The translations under genes and the position numbers were made by a program. The notes below the pieces were generated by a model. The model did not search any database. It was not told where the DNA came from and saw only the letters and a program-made list of their open reading frames with translations. Below, piece after piece: positions 50,215-63,874 of a stretch of DNA of 64,000 nucleotides. Origin of the DNA: Octopus sinensis. Its lineage: Eukaryota. The stretch's first letter is position 1; every line of letters begins with the position of its first letter. Where the stretch lies: NCBI RefSeq assembly GCF_006345805.1, contig NC_042997.1, forward strand, positions 19,158,001 to 19,222,000, given 5' to 3'.

Positions 50215-50369
50215 CAGGTAGATAGATAGACTGATGGATAGATAGATAGATATTGATAGATAGATAAATAGATAGATAGATAGATATTGATTGATAGATA
50301 AATAGATAGATAGATAGATAGATAGATATTGATTGATAGTTAGATAGATAGATATTGATTGGTAGATAA

Positions 50370-50400
<31 letters not shown>

Positions 50401-50403
50401 TAG

Positions 50404-50469
<66 letters not shown>

Positions 50470-50560
50470 GCAGGAGGCAGGCAGCCAACAAGCCAACCAG
50501 CCAGCCAGACAAGCAGATAAACAGATAGGTAGATAAACAGATAGGTAGATAAAAAGAAAG
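50215..50560 (+). repeat. (GATA)n compound microsatellite
   Basis: gatagata runs with ttga interruptions, grading into (CAGC/CAAG)n. Confidence 0.92.
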
Positions 50561-50749
50561 AGAAAGAGAGAACATTGCTTGGTAGGTATTGGGAAAATTG
50601 GGAAAACAAATCTTAATCTTCTCACACAAGAATTCCTCTACAGAATGTCATAAACTATAAACTATACTGTTCTGAGAATGCGGAGTTGTGCATTGTTTGA
50701 ACAAGTATGTAGATACTGTATGAGTATGTGTACATGTATGGAGTGTTTA

Positions 50750-50798
<49 letters not shown>

Positions 50799-51262
50799 AT
50801 GCAATTAAGATTAAAGTTGGTGCACCTGGTGTCAGAAAATCAAAGAGATGTAATAAATAGGTTTATATCTGTGTTAAAGTAACCGTCATTTACCAAAGAG
50901 GATAAGAGATAAGCAGGAAAAGACTAAGCAGTGGGGTAGAAATGAGAATGATTGAAATGAGCAAGACAATAGAAGATTTATTCCTGAGTCATGTCTTTAA
51001 TAATGTTAACCAGTTGACTGGAATCATTTCTAAAACTAATAGTTCTGTTACTGCTTAAAGATTATTGAAGAATCTACCACACAAAAAATTTTGATCGAAA
51101 AGTTAAGTAAATGGTATGGAATTGGTTAAGAGCAATTTGGAACTTATAGCAAAATAATGTACGATAATCCTAGATTTTGTTTAGACCTATGATCAAAGAC
51201 ATTCCATTCATGACCATCTCATATTTTCCAGATATATTTTGTATCTGAAACTACAGTACCTA

Positions 51263-51489
51263 TTTCTTTACTACCCACAAGGGGCTAAACACAGAGGCGA
51301 CAAACAAGGACAGACAAACGGATTAAGTCGACTACATCGACCCCAGTGCGTAACTGGTACTCAATTTATCGACCCCGAATGGATGAAAGGCGAAGTTGAC
51401 CTCGGCGGAATTTGAACTCAGAATGTAAAGACAGACGAAATACCGCTAAGCACTTCGCCCGGCGTGCTAACGTTTCTGCCAGCTCGCCA
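51263..51489 (-). mobile_element. SINE family A with perfect 18-bp TSD
   Basis: ctgaaactacagtaccta at 51245-51262 and 51490-51507. Confidence 0.93.
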
Positions 51490-52234
51490 CTGAAACTACA
51501 GTACCTAATGTGTCTTTTCTCTTCTGAGATGGTAGAGTATGATCTGAAGAAGAATTGTTTCCTCTTTCTGGTAAGTTGAACTACTACAGACAAGTTCCTA
51601 TGTTAGATTCCATGGATGACAATTTAAAATAAAAACATTGTTTGATGTATATATTTGCCCAGCATCATTTAAATCCTTAAATTTCCTGAAATAAGCAGCT
51701 TATAATTAAAATTTTATGTAAAATACATATGGGAAAGTTAAGAGATTATAGATAACAGGGAATATAAGTTAAATTATAACTACTGGATTATTAAATACAT
51801 CTTTTGTGCGCATCTATTTCTACATTAAGTATTCATAGGATTACTGACCAATAAATAATCTGCAGTTCCCTGTGCTAACATATAGAGAGTAATGGTATTT
51901 TTTCTATACACACATATGCACATGTACATGTGCACACACACACATTCGCATACAAACACACAACTGTATCAAAACAGAGAACCCAAAATTGTAATGAGGA
52001 TATTAGGTAGATGAATAATATAATACATTCACCTTAAAACACCACCACTGACAACAACAACAGCAATAAAAGTGAATTCATATATGTGTCTGCATGCATT
52101 TAATAGCAAAAATTAAAACAACAGGAACAAAAAAAAAACAAAAAAAATACAAAGCTCACACACATCTACATGCGCACCATATAAAAGGAAATACAAAAAG
52201 ACACAAAATGATAAGACCATTTACAACTACGTAC

Positions 52235-52284
52235 TTTTTTTGCGTCTGATACTTAAATAGAAATAAATATCAGACGCAAAAAAA
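52235..52284. repeat. Perfect 17-bp inverted repeat with 16-nt loop
   Basis: tttttttgcgtctgata / tatcagacgcaaaaaaa. Confidence 0.9.
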
Positions 52285-52494
52285 AGATAAATGGCAGTTG
52301 CAGGAAGTCATTTCAAAGGTCACATTTTTATGGTTGAAAGCCTTCAGCAGACTAATCAATTTATTTGAAATAACCAATTTAATAATTTAACCACAGCTAG
52401 CTAGTACATGTATTTTATTTGCGAAATGACTGTCTCAAAGTACAATAATATCTATTTCAATACAGTTTCCCATCATGAATATTGCAAAACATAT

Positions 52495-52640
52495 ACAAAT
52501 CATCATCATCATCAGTAACATCATCACCACCATCATCATCATCCCCATTAATGTCATCATATTTGCCACCATCATCATCGTCATTGTTGTTATTGTTATC
52601 GTCATCATTATCATCATCACTATCATCATTGTTGTCATCA
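52495..52640 (+). repeat. (CAT)n-type degenerate microsatellite
   Basis: catcatcatc...; source of the poly-D/poly-I ORFs here. Confidence 0.9.
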
Positions 52641-53157
52641 AGCGGTGGCTTGAGTTGGATAGTCTGAGAAAAACTGACAAGCCAGAGGCCTGACTCAAAC
52701 TCTATTGTCTGTTTCGGCATAGTTTCTACAGCTGGATACCTTTACCTACTGCCAACCACTTTACATAGACTACTCGGTACTTTTTCCATGGCACCAGCAC
52801 TAGTCAGGGTCACCAAATAGCTTATGAGACAAGACAAAAACCTCTTCTCTTGGGGTAATATATATATATATATGTAAATTCTTTATAATTTTCAAAATTA
52901 ACTGAAACAAAGCAGGTTATTTCAATAGATATATGGAAATAAAAGGGTTAAATAACCCACATCAACACCTTGCATATTTCATCATGAAACTATAACCTAT
53001 TTCTGATTGGCTATTATCTACTATCAACACAACGGTTCTAAAAGCTCATAAATGACCAACTTAAATTCGCTTGATATATGTATATATATATTCAGTAGTT
53101 CATATATCTAAAAAAGAAGCACAATCTAAAGCATTAAAGCTGTAACATGTTTTCAGA

Positions 53158-53266
53158 AAGTTGATTACCATGGCCAGTCAGAGAGTGACAATTAGTTTTG
53201 CATGGCTAAACGCTTTTTACATGCAAAAGCAATGGTCACTCTCTGAGTGGCCATAGCAATCAACTT
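53158..53266. repeat. 47-bp-stem hairpin (6 mismatches, 15-nt loop)
   Basis: aagttgattaccatggccagtcagagagtgacaattagttttgcatg vs the reverse complement of catgcaaaagcaatggtcactctctgagtggccatagcaatcaactt. Confidence 0.88.
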
Positions 53267-53305
53267 CCTAAAATAAATATATATATATATATACACATAT
53301 ATGTA

Positions 53306-53522
53306 TGAGGGGATGCTGAAAAGTTCCTAGCTATGGGTAAAAGAAAGTACAGAAAAATCAGTTAATTATGATTTTATTCAACATAGTCCCCTCTCAGATT
53401 CACACACTCATTGCAGCAGTCCTTCAGTTTTTCTAAGCCCTGTAAAAGAACTTGGGAGGTTGGGCTTCCCACCAGGCCTTTCACGATACCTTTAAAGTCA
53501 GGAAATTTTCAGCACACGCGCG
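53306..53522. mobile_element. Mariner-type MITE (second copy)
   Basis: Colinear with 10765-10980; TA flanks. Confidence 0.85.
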
Positions 53523-53564
53523 TATATGTATATGTAAGTATAAATATATATGTATATGTAAAGG

Positions 53565-53905
53565 TGCATGGCTCAATGGCTAGAGCATTGTGCTCACAAT
53601 CATGAGGTAGTTAGTTCGATTCCTGGGTCAGGCTGTGTGTTGAGTTCTTGAGCAAGGCACTTTATTTCATGTTGCTCCAATACACTCATTTGTAAAAATG
53701 AGTTGCAATGTCACTGATGCCAAGTTGTATTGGTCTTTGTCTTTCCCTTGGATAACATCGGTGGCATCAAGAGGGGAAGGTGGTATGCATGGGTGACTGT
53801 TGGTCTTCCATAAACAATCTTGCATGGACTTGTGTCTTGGAGGGGAAATTTCTAGATGCAATCCCATGGTCATTCATGACCAATGGGGATCTTTGCCCAT
53901 TACCC
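53565..53905 (+). mobile_element. tRNA-derived SINE (family C head/core, different tail)
   Basis: gcatggctcaatggctagagc...gttcgattcc head and ttgagcaaggcactttatttcatgttgctcca core. Confidence 0.75.
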
Positions 53906-54441
53906 TTTTTTATGTATATATATATATATATTAAATAATTGATAGGCAAGTCAGAGTGTACTGTAAGCTTTATTTAGCGCGCGTGTGTATGTGTGTGTGT
54001 ATAAAATCTATGTAACATGCTTAATGTAAATACATCACTGAAAGGCAAATTTACTGTGGTATTTGTCTAGAGATAACCTCTTATTTTGGATGTGTTGAGT
54101 TCAGAAACAATGTATATATAAGAGAGAGATGGAAACTGGCTTAGCAGTGGCTAGTGATTATGCCAGATGCATTTTGGTCTCACCAGGCCATGCTATTGTA
54201 CTTACTCCTAACTGCATGCCTAAAGACAAATCTTGTCAAATACATAGGCATGTGTAACTATTAGTTAAAGCTTGGTGCAAGGTTACTCACTTATACTCAC
54301 CTGCAAGTTCTGGCTATGTTTTATATATAAATAGAATAAAACTTTGCTTTATATATATATGAAACCGAGGTGTCATGTAAAAATCATTGGTATGGATGCT
54401 GATGCCATGTAAAAAGCACTGGTGATGGTATCAAGTAAAAA

Positions 54442-54673
54442 AGGTGGCGAGCTGGCAGAAATGTTAGCACGCCAGGCGAAATGCTTTGTGGTATTTCGTC
54501 CGCCACTGCGTTCTGAGCTCAAATTCCGCCAAGGTCGACTTTACCTTTCATCCTTTCAGGGTCGATTAAACAAGTACCAGTTACGCACTGGGGTCGATAT
54601 AATCGACTTAATCCGTTCATCTGTCCTTGTTTTTCCCCTCAGCGTTTAGCCCCTTGTGGGTAATAAAGAAATA
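54442..54673 (+). mobile_element. SINE family A with 15-bp TSD (1 mismatch)
   Basis: ggtatcaagtaaaaa at 54427-54441 vs ggcatcaagtaaaaa at 54674-54688. Confidence 0.9.
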
Positions 54674-54939
54674 GGCATCAAGTAAAAACTACCTAATTCA
54701 CTCTGTAAACTGGTTGGTGTTAGGAAGGGTGTCTGACCATAGAAAGTAAGCCAAAGTGCACTATGGAACCTGATGTGACCCTGGCTTTGCCATTTCCTGT
54801 CAAGCCATCCAAACCATGCCAGCATGGAAAATAGACATAAAATGTTGATGATGAAGGTGATACATATATGTGTGTGTGTATCTATGTATATATATATAAA
54901 TATATATATAAATATATATGTATATATATATGATTGATT

Positions 54940-55092
54940 GCTAGCTCCAAAAGATTTTTCTCTCTCTGTTTATTTCCTTATGTTCTTTTCTGTTGAAGAG
55001 CATAGGCTCAAAACGTAAAAGATTTTCTCACCTTCCCGGGTGTTAAATTAATACACTTGTCTTTGTCATTTGCTTTTCTGTAAATTTCAACT
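54940..55092 (+). mobile_element. Solo PLE pLTR-like remnant with decayed hammerhead
   Basis: tcttttCTGTTGAaGAGCatagGCTCaaaacgtaaaaga is the 7853 motif with CpG decay; (TA)n on both sides. Confidence 0.65.
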
Positions 55093-56547
55093 ATATATAT
55101 ATATATGTGTGTGTGTGAGTCTGTGTATTTTTTTTAGAAAAGACATATATATATCGTCATCATTATCATCATTCATATATACATAGTCCACTCTGCTGAG
55201 TGGTTGGTGTTAGGAAGGGCTTCCAGCTGTGAAAACCCTGCCAAAACAGTTACAGAAGTCCAGTGCAGGCTTCCACTTGGCTGGCTCTTGTGGTACCGTC
55301 GCACTCATGCTAGCATGGAACATGGATGTTAAATGATGAATATATATTTACAATATATATATATTTATGTGTAAATATATATAATCGAAATAAGAAAGAA
55401 ATATATATACATGCATGTGTACACAAGTTGTGTGTGTGTGTGTGTGTGTAAATTTGTTGAAAATGTATAGAATAGGAATAGTTATCTGTAAGATAGGACA
55501 AAAGTACTCATCTCTTTGAGCAATTTGAAAGAAAATAGAGAAATTATGTAGGATTTTTGATTTGTCAAAGTTAAATTCTGCGAATGATTTACTTGATAAG
55601 AACAGAAATCAGAAATTTTTATAAATTTAAAAAGTGATCAATATAAAGTTTAGATATTTTCAAAAGAGGAAGACATAAAACTACATTTTAATCACAGTTT
55701 TTAGAGGATTATTTTTGTCAGTGTACACACACACACCTACTCAGCCGAGCCTGCATCTACGTACATACACATTCACATATACACATGTAGTTCATTAGCA
55801 TCTTTCAACATCTTGGTTTTGTTAAACTCTAGTCTATTTCTCCTCTGAACTTACTATTTCTAATCTGCTCTTTCCTTAAGACCACTTAAAACCTACAATT
55901 TTCCAATTCTATACAAGTGCATTTCATCTCCCATAAAACATTTATTTAACCCTTTCATTACCATATTTATTTTGAGGTGCTCTGTGTTTCTTTCAATTAA
56001 TTTTAAATATAACAAAGAATTTAGTAGAATAACTTAGTTATTATTCAGCTAGTGTTAGGAACATAAATTGTGACTAAGGTTTGGTGGAAGATTTTAATTC
56101 TAAACTTATGAAAACAAAACATTTGTACTAAAGATCCAGAGGCAGTTTCAGCTGGGTTGGTACTGAAAGGGTTAAATTATAGCAATCAAAAGAGAAGCAT
56201 TTCCATGAATTCTTCCATCAGAAATTTCCTTGAATTGTGCTGACACTATTCTGATTTTCAAAACTGTTGTCTAGTTTCACAAAGAAAATCCTTAGATTTC
56301 CAAACCACTTTGTGTTTGGATGCTTAGGTGAATAATTGAAAATAATTTGATATAGACACAAGGCCATCAAATTTTATGGGTGGGTTATCTCATTACCACT
56401 GACCTCAGCACTTAAATAGTACTTTATTGATCTCAGTGGGGATGAAGACAAAGTTAACCCCAGTGAGATTTGGATTCAGCAGGTAAAGAGCCACAACAAA
56501 TGCTATGAAACGTTTTTCCAATGCTGATAATTCTGCCATCATTATCA

Positions 56548-57212
56548 TGACTGCTGAGGACATGTGTAAGCACACAAGGAACAAAGCCAGTATGCTCTGT
56601 TGGATGTGTAATGTAGCATGTATACTTGACAGAGTGTTAGTGCCTTGAGAGAAAAGTTGGACTTAAGAAGCATCAGAAGTGGTGTACAAGAGAAATGACT
56701 GCACTGGTATGGTCATGTGGCGAGAATGGATGTGGATAGCTGTGTGAAAATGTGCTACTCCCAAGCTGTTGAGGGAACCTGTGAAAGAAGTAGACCCAGG
56801 AAGACCTGGGATGAGGTGGCCAAGCACGACCTTCGAACATTAGGCCTCACCAAGGCAATGACTAGTGGCCGAGACCCTTGGAAATATGCAGTGCATGAGA
56901 AGACCTGGCAAGCCAAGTGAGACCATAACCTGTGGCCTATGCCAGGGGTGTAACCAGCCCACTTATGCGTACCTTTCCTTCATTGGACACTAAACTCTGC
57001 TTGCGAAGACCTGTTGAAGCAAGTGAAATCGAAATCAAATTCAATGACTGGCACCCATGCCAGTGGAGCATTAAGAGCACCATCCGAGCGTGATCGCTGC
57101 CAGAGCAGCTGACTGGTTTCTGTGCCATTGGCACGTAAAAAGTACCATTCAAACATGATCGTTACCAGTGTCGTTACTGGCACTTGTGCTGGTGGCACAT
57201 GAAAAACATTTG
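56548..57212 (+). mobile_element. RTE LINE 3' part
   Basis: LHWYGHVARMDVDSCVKMC...RPRKTWDEVAKHDLRTLGLTKAMT; 3' UTR modules. Confidence 0.9.
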
Positions 57213-59524
57213 AGACTGGCTCCTAAGCACCAGCAAAATAATAATGAGGATAACGATGACGATAAGGCTGATGATGATGATGGTGGTGGTGGTGGTGATG
57301 GTAGTGGATATGATAATGATGATTGCACACAAATATCTCAGCAAATAACAAGTTATACTAATCATATTTAGTCAGTGACTAAATCAACTTCACAGAGCAT
57401 ACTCTGTGAGGAGGGTGTTTGGTGCTATTATTTAGTCACCTACCACTTCATTGAAAAATAGTGCAAGTGGCTGAGTATTCCACAGACACATGTACCCTTA
57501 ACAAAAATGTCTGGTACAAATCAGTGTGACAAAATATGAGACAAGCTTTACCCTTTGAGTTACCAGTAAAGTTCATAAGTAGACATATACACTGTTTCCA
57601 TCTCACCCAATTTTTCTCACAAAGTTTGAGTCAACATAAAGCTGTGCTAAAAGACACTTGCCCATGGTATCACACATTGAATTTGAACCCAGAATCTCAT
57701 GATTTTAAAGTTAACTTCTTAATTAATCAGTCAAGCTTGCATTCATTTACTCTATTTTCAGTAAGCACAGTAATGAAACATAGCCTTTCCCTAGTTTCCA
57801 CATGTTTTCCCTAAGTAAATGAAGACTGAACAGGTGTAGTTAATGTTTAAACATTTTATTGTGTGGAAACCCCATTGTTGCCAGAAACCTCACACTTCTA
57901 CCTAATCACATTTTCTGTTATGCAAAGTTGCCAACATATTCCCTAAAGAAGTCATTTTTATCTATATTACAAAAATGGCTCACATACGAATTTGTACTTA
58001 CTTCCTCATGTCACTTCTCTCAAAGGGTTCACTCAAATTAAAATTTAAAATCAGTTTTGCAGAATATTTATTTATACTTCAGTCATTTTCCTAATTAAAA
58101 GAAGTTCTCTGTCAGAAAAGTAATCTTAGATCTAATAAAGCAAACTTCAATTCCTCTTTTATACTCCCATATACATACACAGACATATTTTCTAAACGCT
58201 GTTCATCCAGCATACAGAAAGAAATTACAGAAACGTTTTTAAATTACTGATTTCTGTTCTATGACTGTAAAAAGAAATATTAATTTCTTTCTCGTTTTTT
58301 TTAGAAAATTTAGAATTTAATCAGGTATTTGTTTAAGAAATTTATTTCAGGTAATTTTTTTCTTTTTATGAATTCCAGTAATTTATCAACTTGATTCATT
58401 TCTGATTTCTCTATAAAACTCTTTCAATTCTTTAAAGTCAATTGATTTTTTATTCCCATAATACTAATGTAACTTTTGTATTTCTTTTTTGTAAGTCAGA
58501 ACTTCTGTTAAATGTTTCCATGTATGTAGTAACAGTACTTTAAAATAACAAAGGCAGTTAGTATAAATACACAGCAACTCTTAGTAAGTTTCACCCAAAC
58601 CAAAAGAGTTATTAAAAGATAATGACTAAGTTAAATGGGAATGGCAACAAAAGCATGTAACCAATGTTGAAAAAAATGTTAAAATTCTTCTAAATGCAGG
58701 AGAAGGACATTTTTGTTTAGCTAAAAGAAGCACTTCAACCAAATCACATGAAATTTTTTAATCGCTTTTTCTGCAAACTTGATTTATGCTGCAACAATTC
58801 AGTCACCAAAATTGGATTGAATAATAAATTTGAATTACACAAAAAGGAAACCGAATTATCAGGCAATATACTTACTCACTAGGTTTTTTTTATCTCTCAT
58901 TTCATATCAGTTTTCTAGCAGCTCTGAAATTGCAAAGAAAAAGTTGTTTACGAGTTTAAAATTTATAATTACCTTATAAAGTTTTACCTAGATTTCTGTC
59001 TCTAAGTACATAAAAGTAATTTATTATTTTTGCTTCTGTTATCTTGTGGAAGAAGATAATGCCCATAGCCTCTTTCCTCATTTTCAAATTGAAATATAAA
59101 GAAAACAAAATAGAATTGGTAGGATTGTTAACCAACTATAACTCTTCCACATTAGTAGTTGAAGGTGAAAAGACAGGTTGGACTGGAATCTGAGAATAGC
59201 ATACTAGTTTGTGAACAAGAACTCAGTTTCATAGAAGGATTAGTTTAGTTTAAGCATTCCAGATTTTTGTTGAATGTACAAAGATGGGTATATTTTAGTG
59301 CTGTTACATATAATTTAGGTTAGAATGGCTAGCTGTTGTAGTAGAATGAAGCATTTGTTGAACTTGCAGAGTATAATTGAACATTTTTTAAGAAACTTTG
59401 GCTATGTGACAGATGCATAAAATCCAGCAACAAATAAGAACAAGCTTATTGTTATTGAGAAATTTAATAAAAGAACTGTTCACTATGCAGATGATCATCT
59501 TCTCAACATTAGGAACAAAAGGAA

Positions 59525-59845
59525 CTCTCCGGCGATTACGACGATGAGGATCCCAGCTGATACAAACAACAGAACAGCCTGCTCATGAAATTAACGTGCA
59601 AGTGACTGAGCACTCCACAGACATGTGTACCCCTAATGTAGTTCTCAGGGAGATTCAGCATGACACAGAGTGTGACAAGGCTGGCCCTTTGAAATACAGG
59701 TACAACTCATTTTTGCCAGCTGAGTGGACTGGAGCAATGTGAAATAAAGTGTCTTGCTCAAGGACACAACGCATCGCCAGGAATTGAACTCACGACCTTA
59801 CAATTGTGAACCGAATACCCTAACCACGAAGCCACGCACCTTCAC
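59525..59845 (-). mobile_element. tRNA-derived SINE (family C)
   Basis: Colinear with 12845-13180. Confidence 0.88.
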
Positions 59846-60177
59846 AACACTACTAGTACACACACACATACACACATGTATGACCAACTGTCTAGCCCCA
59901 GGCTGGATAAAGCTTTGTGAGGAAATTTGGTAGATGAAAACTGAAAAGAACTCTACAGTATGTGTGTATGTTTGCATGTATGCAAATATCATGTGAGTGT
60001 GTGTATACATGTATGTATACATATTTTAAGTGTGTGTGTGTGTTGTCTGTGCCTTGACTGACTAAGAAAAAGACAGAAGAGAAACAGGGTGATTTGAGGA
60101 AGCAGATGATAGAAAACAAGGAAATGAAAAGGAGCGAGAAAGTGAAAGACAAGTAAATAAGGATTGTTTGTAGAGAG

Positions 60178-60570
60178 GCACAGGCATGGCTGTGTGGTAC
60201 GAAGCCTGCTTCCCAGCCAACATGGTTCTGGGTTCAGTTTCACTCTGTTGCACTTTGGGAAATTGTCTTCTACTATAGCCTTGGGCTGACCAAAGTCTTG
60301 TGAGTGGATATGGCAGACGGAAACTGAAAGAAGCTCATTGTATGTATGTGTGTGTGTGTGTGCGTGAGTGCGTGTGTGTGTTTGTGTGTCTGTGTTGTCC
60401 TCCCACCATTGCTTGACAACCAATGTTGGTGTGTTTACATCCCCATAACTTAGCGGTTTGGCAAAAGAGACCAATAGAATAAGTACTGGGATTGATTTGT
60501 TCGACTACAGGCAGTGTTCCAGCATGGTTGCAATCAAATGACTGAAACAAATAAAAGATAAAAGAATATA
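60178..60570 (+). mobile_element. SINE family B
   Basis: aggcacaggcatggctgtgtggtacgaagc head, gtgagtggatatggcagacggaaactgaaagaagc core, ttccagcatgg tail. Confidence 0.85.
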
Positions 60571-62397
60571 GCCATTTGCCCTAGAAGTTACCCAGACTAG
60601 ATGATGACTAATGAGAGACAAGAGAGAGAGATGAGCTTGAGAGAAGAAATAATGTTCGAGAGAGAGAGTGAGGGAGAAAGTAGTGGATGTTAGCAATGAG
60701 TCAGAGGTAGGAGTAATAATTTGGAGAATAATTTGTGACAATGAAGATGGATGATGATAAGGGAGAGATATAGGTGGAAACAACATGTTGCCATTCCTCA
60801 TTACATGAGCAACATGAAGGAAAAGAGATATAAAATGATAAAAATGGAGGCACAGTAATTAATGAGGGAGTGAGTGCTAATTAATAGAGCAATGGAGAGA
60901 GGTGGAGTGGTAGATAGTTATGAATATAGTTGGTGACAGGGAGACTTAATATGAATATAGTGGAAGAGAGATCCAAATATAGGTATTTTATGTTCCAAAC
61001 TCCATCACCAACATATATGGTATAAATATTTCCCTTACTATATATCATTTAAATATATGTTACTAAGTAGCTAGAACTTATCTACTTCAGAGACTTAATA
61101 TTCCAATATTTAAAGTTTGTCTTTGTGATTTATGTTTGAATGTGTTTGTTTTTTCTTTATTCATTTCTTGCAATTAAAAATTCATGACTGGTGTTGTTGT
61201 GTAATTGTAAGATATTTACCAAGCTTTTCATTGTGATCTGATATAATTACTTCTTAAATGAATGATGGATATTTAACAACTAAAATAGTTTCAAGTATCG
61301 TTGAGAAAAAGAAAGAAGCATTTTTCAGCTTTATATATTGCAATTCTCAGTTGAAACAGCTATTAAGAATTAGCTGTTCAAATTTAGAGAAACCTGCACT
61401 CCTGTAACAATGAAGCAAGTAAAACAATGTTTACACGAGACACTTGAGCTGTAAGCTGTTTACATTAGAAAAGATAGTAGCAGTAAGAGACAAAACCTTT
61501 ATATAAAATACATCGTTTAAGAGAGGTCTTTTAGCCTAGTGAAAGGATTAGTGTTTTAAATACAGTTGATAAATGAAAAAAAATTGGCAGCTTTATATAT
61601 AGTAATTCTTTGTTGTAATGACTATTAAGAATTATTTCTTTATCCTCTGACACTCACCTAAAAAATAAAGATGGACAATTTTCTTTTATTCAATAAAATG
61701 GTTGATAGTATAATTTAACTTTTTTGTTCACTTCCACTTAACGATGATAATTCTTTGAGTATGTATACAAATGATTTTCCTTTTGCAGATTTTTATCCTT
61801 TATTCTACATATTTATGATTTCGATCCTTTCTGAATATTTAAATGTCTGTGAGTATAATAATGTTTAAAATCATTCATTGTTATTTACTGAGATGTTACT
61901 TCTAAAAGAATTAAGCATCTTTATATAGTTGAAAGATGTAAGGACTGAATAAGATTCAGTCCATTGAATATAGAGAAAGAGGAGTTGCAGTTCAGTTTTC
62001 CATACAAATGCAAGGCAAGAAATAATGCTCTACAATAAAATAAAAGGAATGTAGCACTGTACACAATTTACAGATTAATCCAAGATCAGTAAACGTGGCA
62101 TATTAGAAGTTGGTGAGGTTGTGTATTAAATAGCTTGTATGTGAAAATAGTGTAATCAAAAGTTTCACAAGAGCAATGAAATTTAATTGAAAATAAGGCA
62201 CAATGACGGTTGAATGCCTAAATGAGAAAATGACTTGCAGAGCTTTATTCTGTTGCTGAGAATTGCAAGAAAGAAAAACATGATGTGAATAGTATGAGCA
62301 AGCAAGCCACCATGGATCAATTTGAATATTGCCATGTACTAGAAAGGGAGCCTCAATATGTTCACTTAAACTACTAGAAATCCAACTCAAAACATAC

Positions 62398-62451
62398 ATA
62401 TTTGTCCTAGGAATGGCAGAATGAGATAATGTAGTTCTAGATGTATCATAT
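62398..62451 (-). CDS. Candidate small symmetric exon (MIHLELHYLILPFLGQI)
   Basis: Strong acceptor catccttcagttttcag, donor AT|GTATGT, 54 nt, phase 1-1. Confidence 0.25.
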
Positions 62452-62999
62452 CTGAAAACTGAAGGATGAGGTGGTCATGGTGTAAATGCCTGCAACTGCA
62501 GGTCTGCTTGCATTTGGTTGAATTAAGATTAATTATTAACAATAGTATTTCATCTTTGTATGAGATAACCATAGAAACTTATTCTTTATCAATTTTCTGT
62601 ATTTCTCTCATGTTTTACCCACAATATAAATTACGTTACTGAGTGCAGAACCCTCTGAACAGAATTACAGTTATTTGAAGTTTTGAAACTAATTAAATAT
62701 ATACACTATCATAGTTCTATCTCTTATAATTTTACATGAAACTTTCCCATGGTACTTATTTATCACCATGTTGACTAATCTACTGAGAGATAAGTCTAAT
62801 TGCTCAGAAAATTGTAGTGCAGAGAACATCAACAGCTGGCTCTTCTGTGAGCAGGCTGACTTGCAGACTAACAGGTTGTAAGTGTCTGACACTTTTCATT
62901 GTAATGTTCACAAACTTTTAGAATAGATATAAATACCCAAAACAGCAATAGGCCAAGATAAGTGCAGGGGATTGAGTTTATGTGTATATCCTCATATAC

Positions 63000-63176
63000 T
63001 TGTTTTCTTGTGTGATACAGTACACAATATGTTCCATAACTCATGACCCATTTCTTTTGCTATTGACCTGTTTTTCACTAATCTTTTCTCTAGCAGATGC
63101 TTCTTCACATATGCTGAAATATGGAAGGCAGCTATCTTATTGTCAATAGTTTTAGACATTTCCTTCATTCTCCCCA
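63000..63176 (-). CDS. Candidate symmetric exon (GRMKEMSKTIDNKIAAFHISAYVKKHLLEKRLVKNRSIAKEMGHELWNILCTVSHKKT)
   Basis: Acceptor tattagtttag, donor CAA|GTATAT, 177 nt, phase 1-1, 58 open codons. Confidence 0.3.
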
Positions 63177-63835
63177 CTAAACTAATATACACCACCTACG
63201 CGGCCATGACTTGTGTTCCTCAAGCACGGCATCCATCTCGATTCTCATCATACTAGCGATACCCAACTATGAGGACATATTAATTTATATGAAAACAAGT
63301 GATGGTTGGTGACAGGGAGGACATCCGACAGTGGAAAATTTATTTCAATAAATTCCATCCAACTGAAGAAAGGATGGTAAAACGGACCTTAAAATGATTA
63401 TATATATATATATACATATGTGTGTGAATGTGTGTGTGTGTGTGTATCATCAGTTAAAATCCAGAAGTGAGAAGTAAAACGTATTTTGTTTTGTATGATT
63501 ACAGCTGTTTCATAATCAACGTTCATTTACATCATTGATGTTGATTTTAAATCGCTTACCAATTGTATATACATCACATTCACCTTATACACTTTTGTGC
63601 ATCAGCATCGATGTATGTTGATTATGAAACAGCTATAAAAATACAGAATAAAATATTGCTTATTTTTCAATTGATTAGTATTATACAATTGTGTTTCCTG
63701 AATCTTTTCATGCAGGATAGAGTTAAATTGCACCCTAAACTTAATTATTTTGTTACCTGATAGCTGGACTCTCTGCAAAGCGCTTATAATGAGTTCAACT
63801 CGAGTCTTTGAACTGTTCTTTCTATTGGTCTCTCT

Positions 63836-63874
<39 letters not shown>

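Noticed and set aside
62240-62440. Plus-strand TYLS*EWQNEIM resembling hAT/DUF4371 transposase
   Set aside because: Four stops in about 20 codons, no TIRs or other motifs; the opposite strand has a cleaner open exon.
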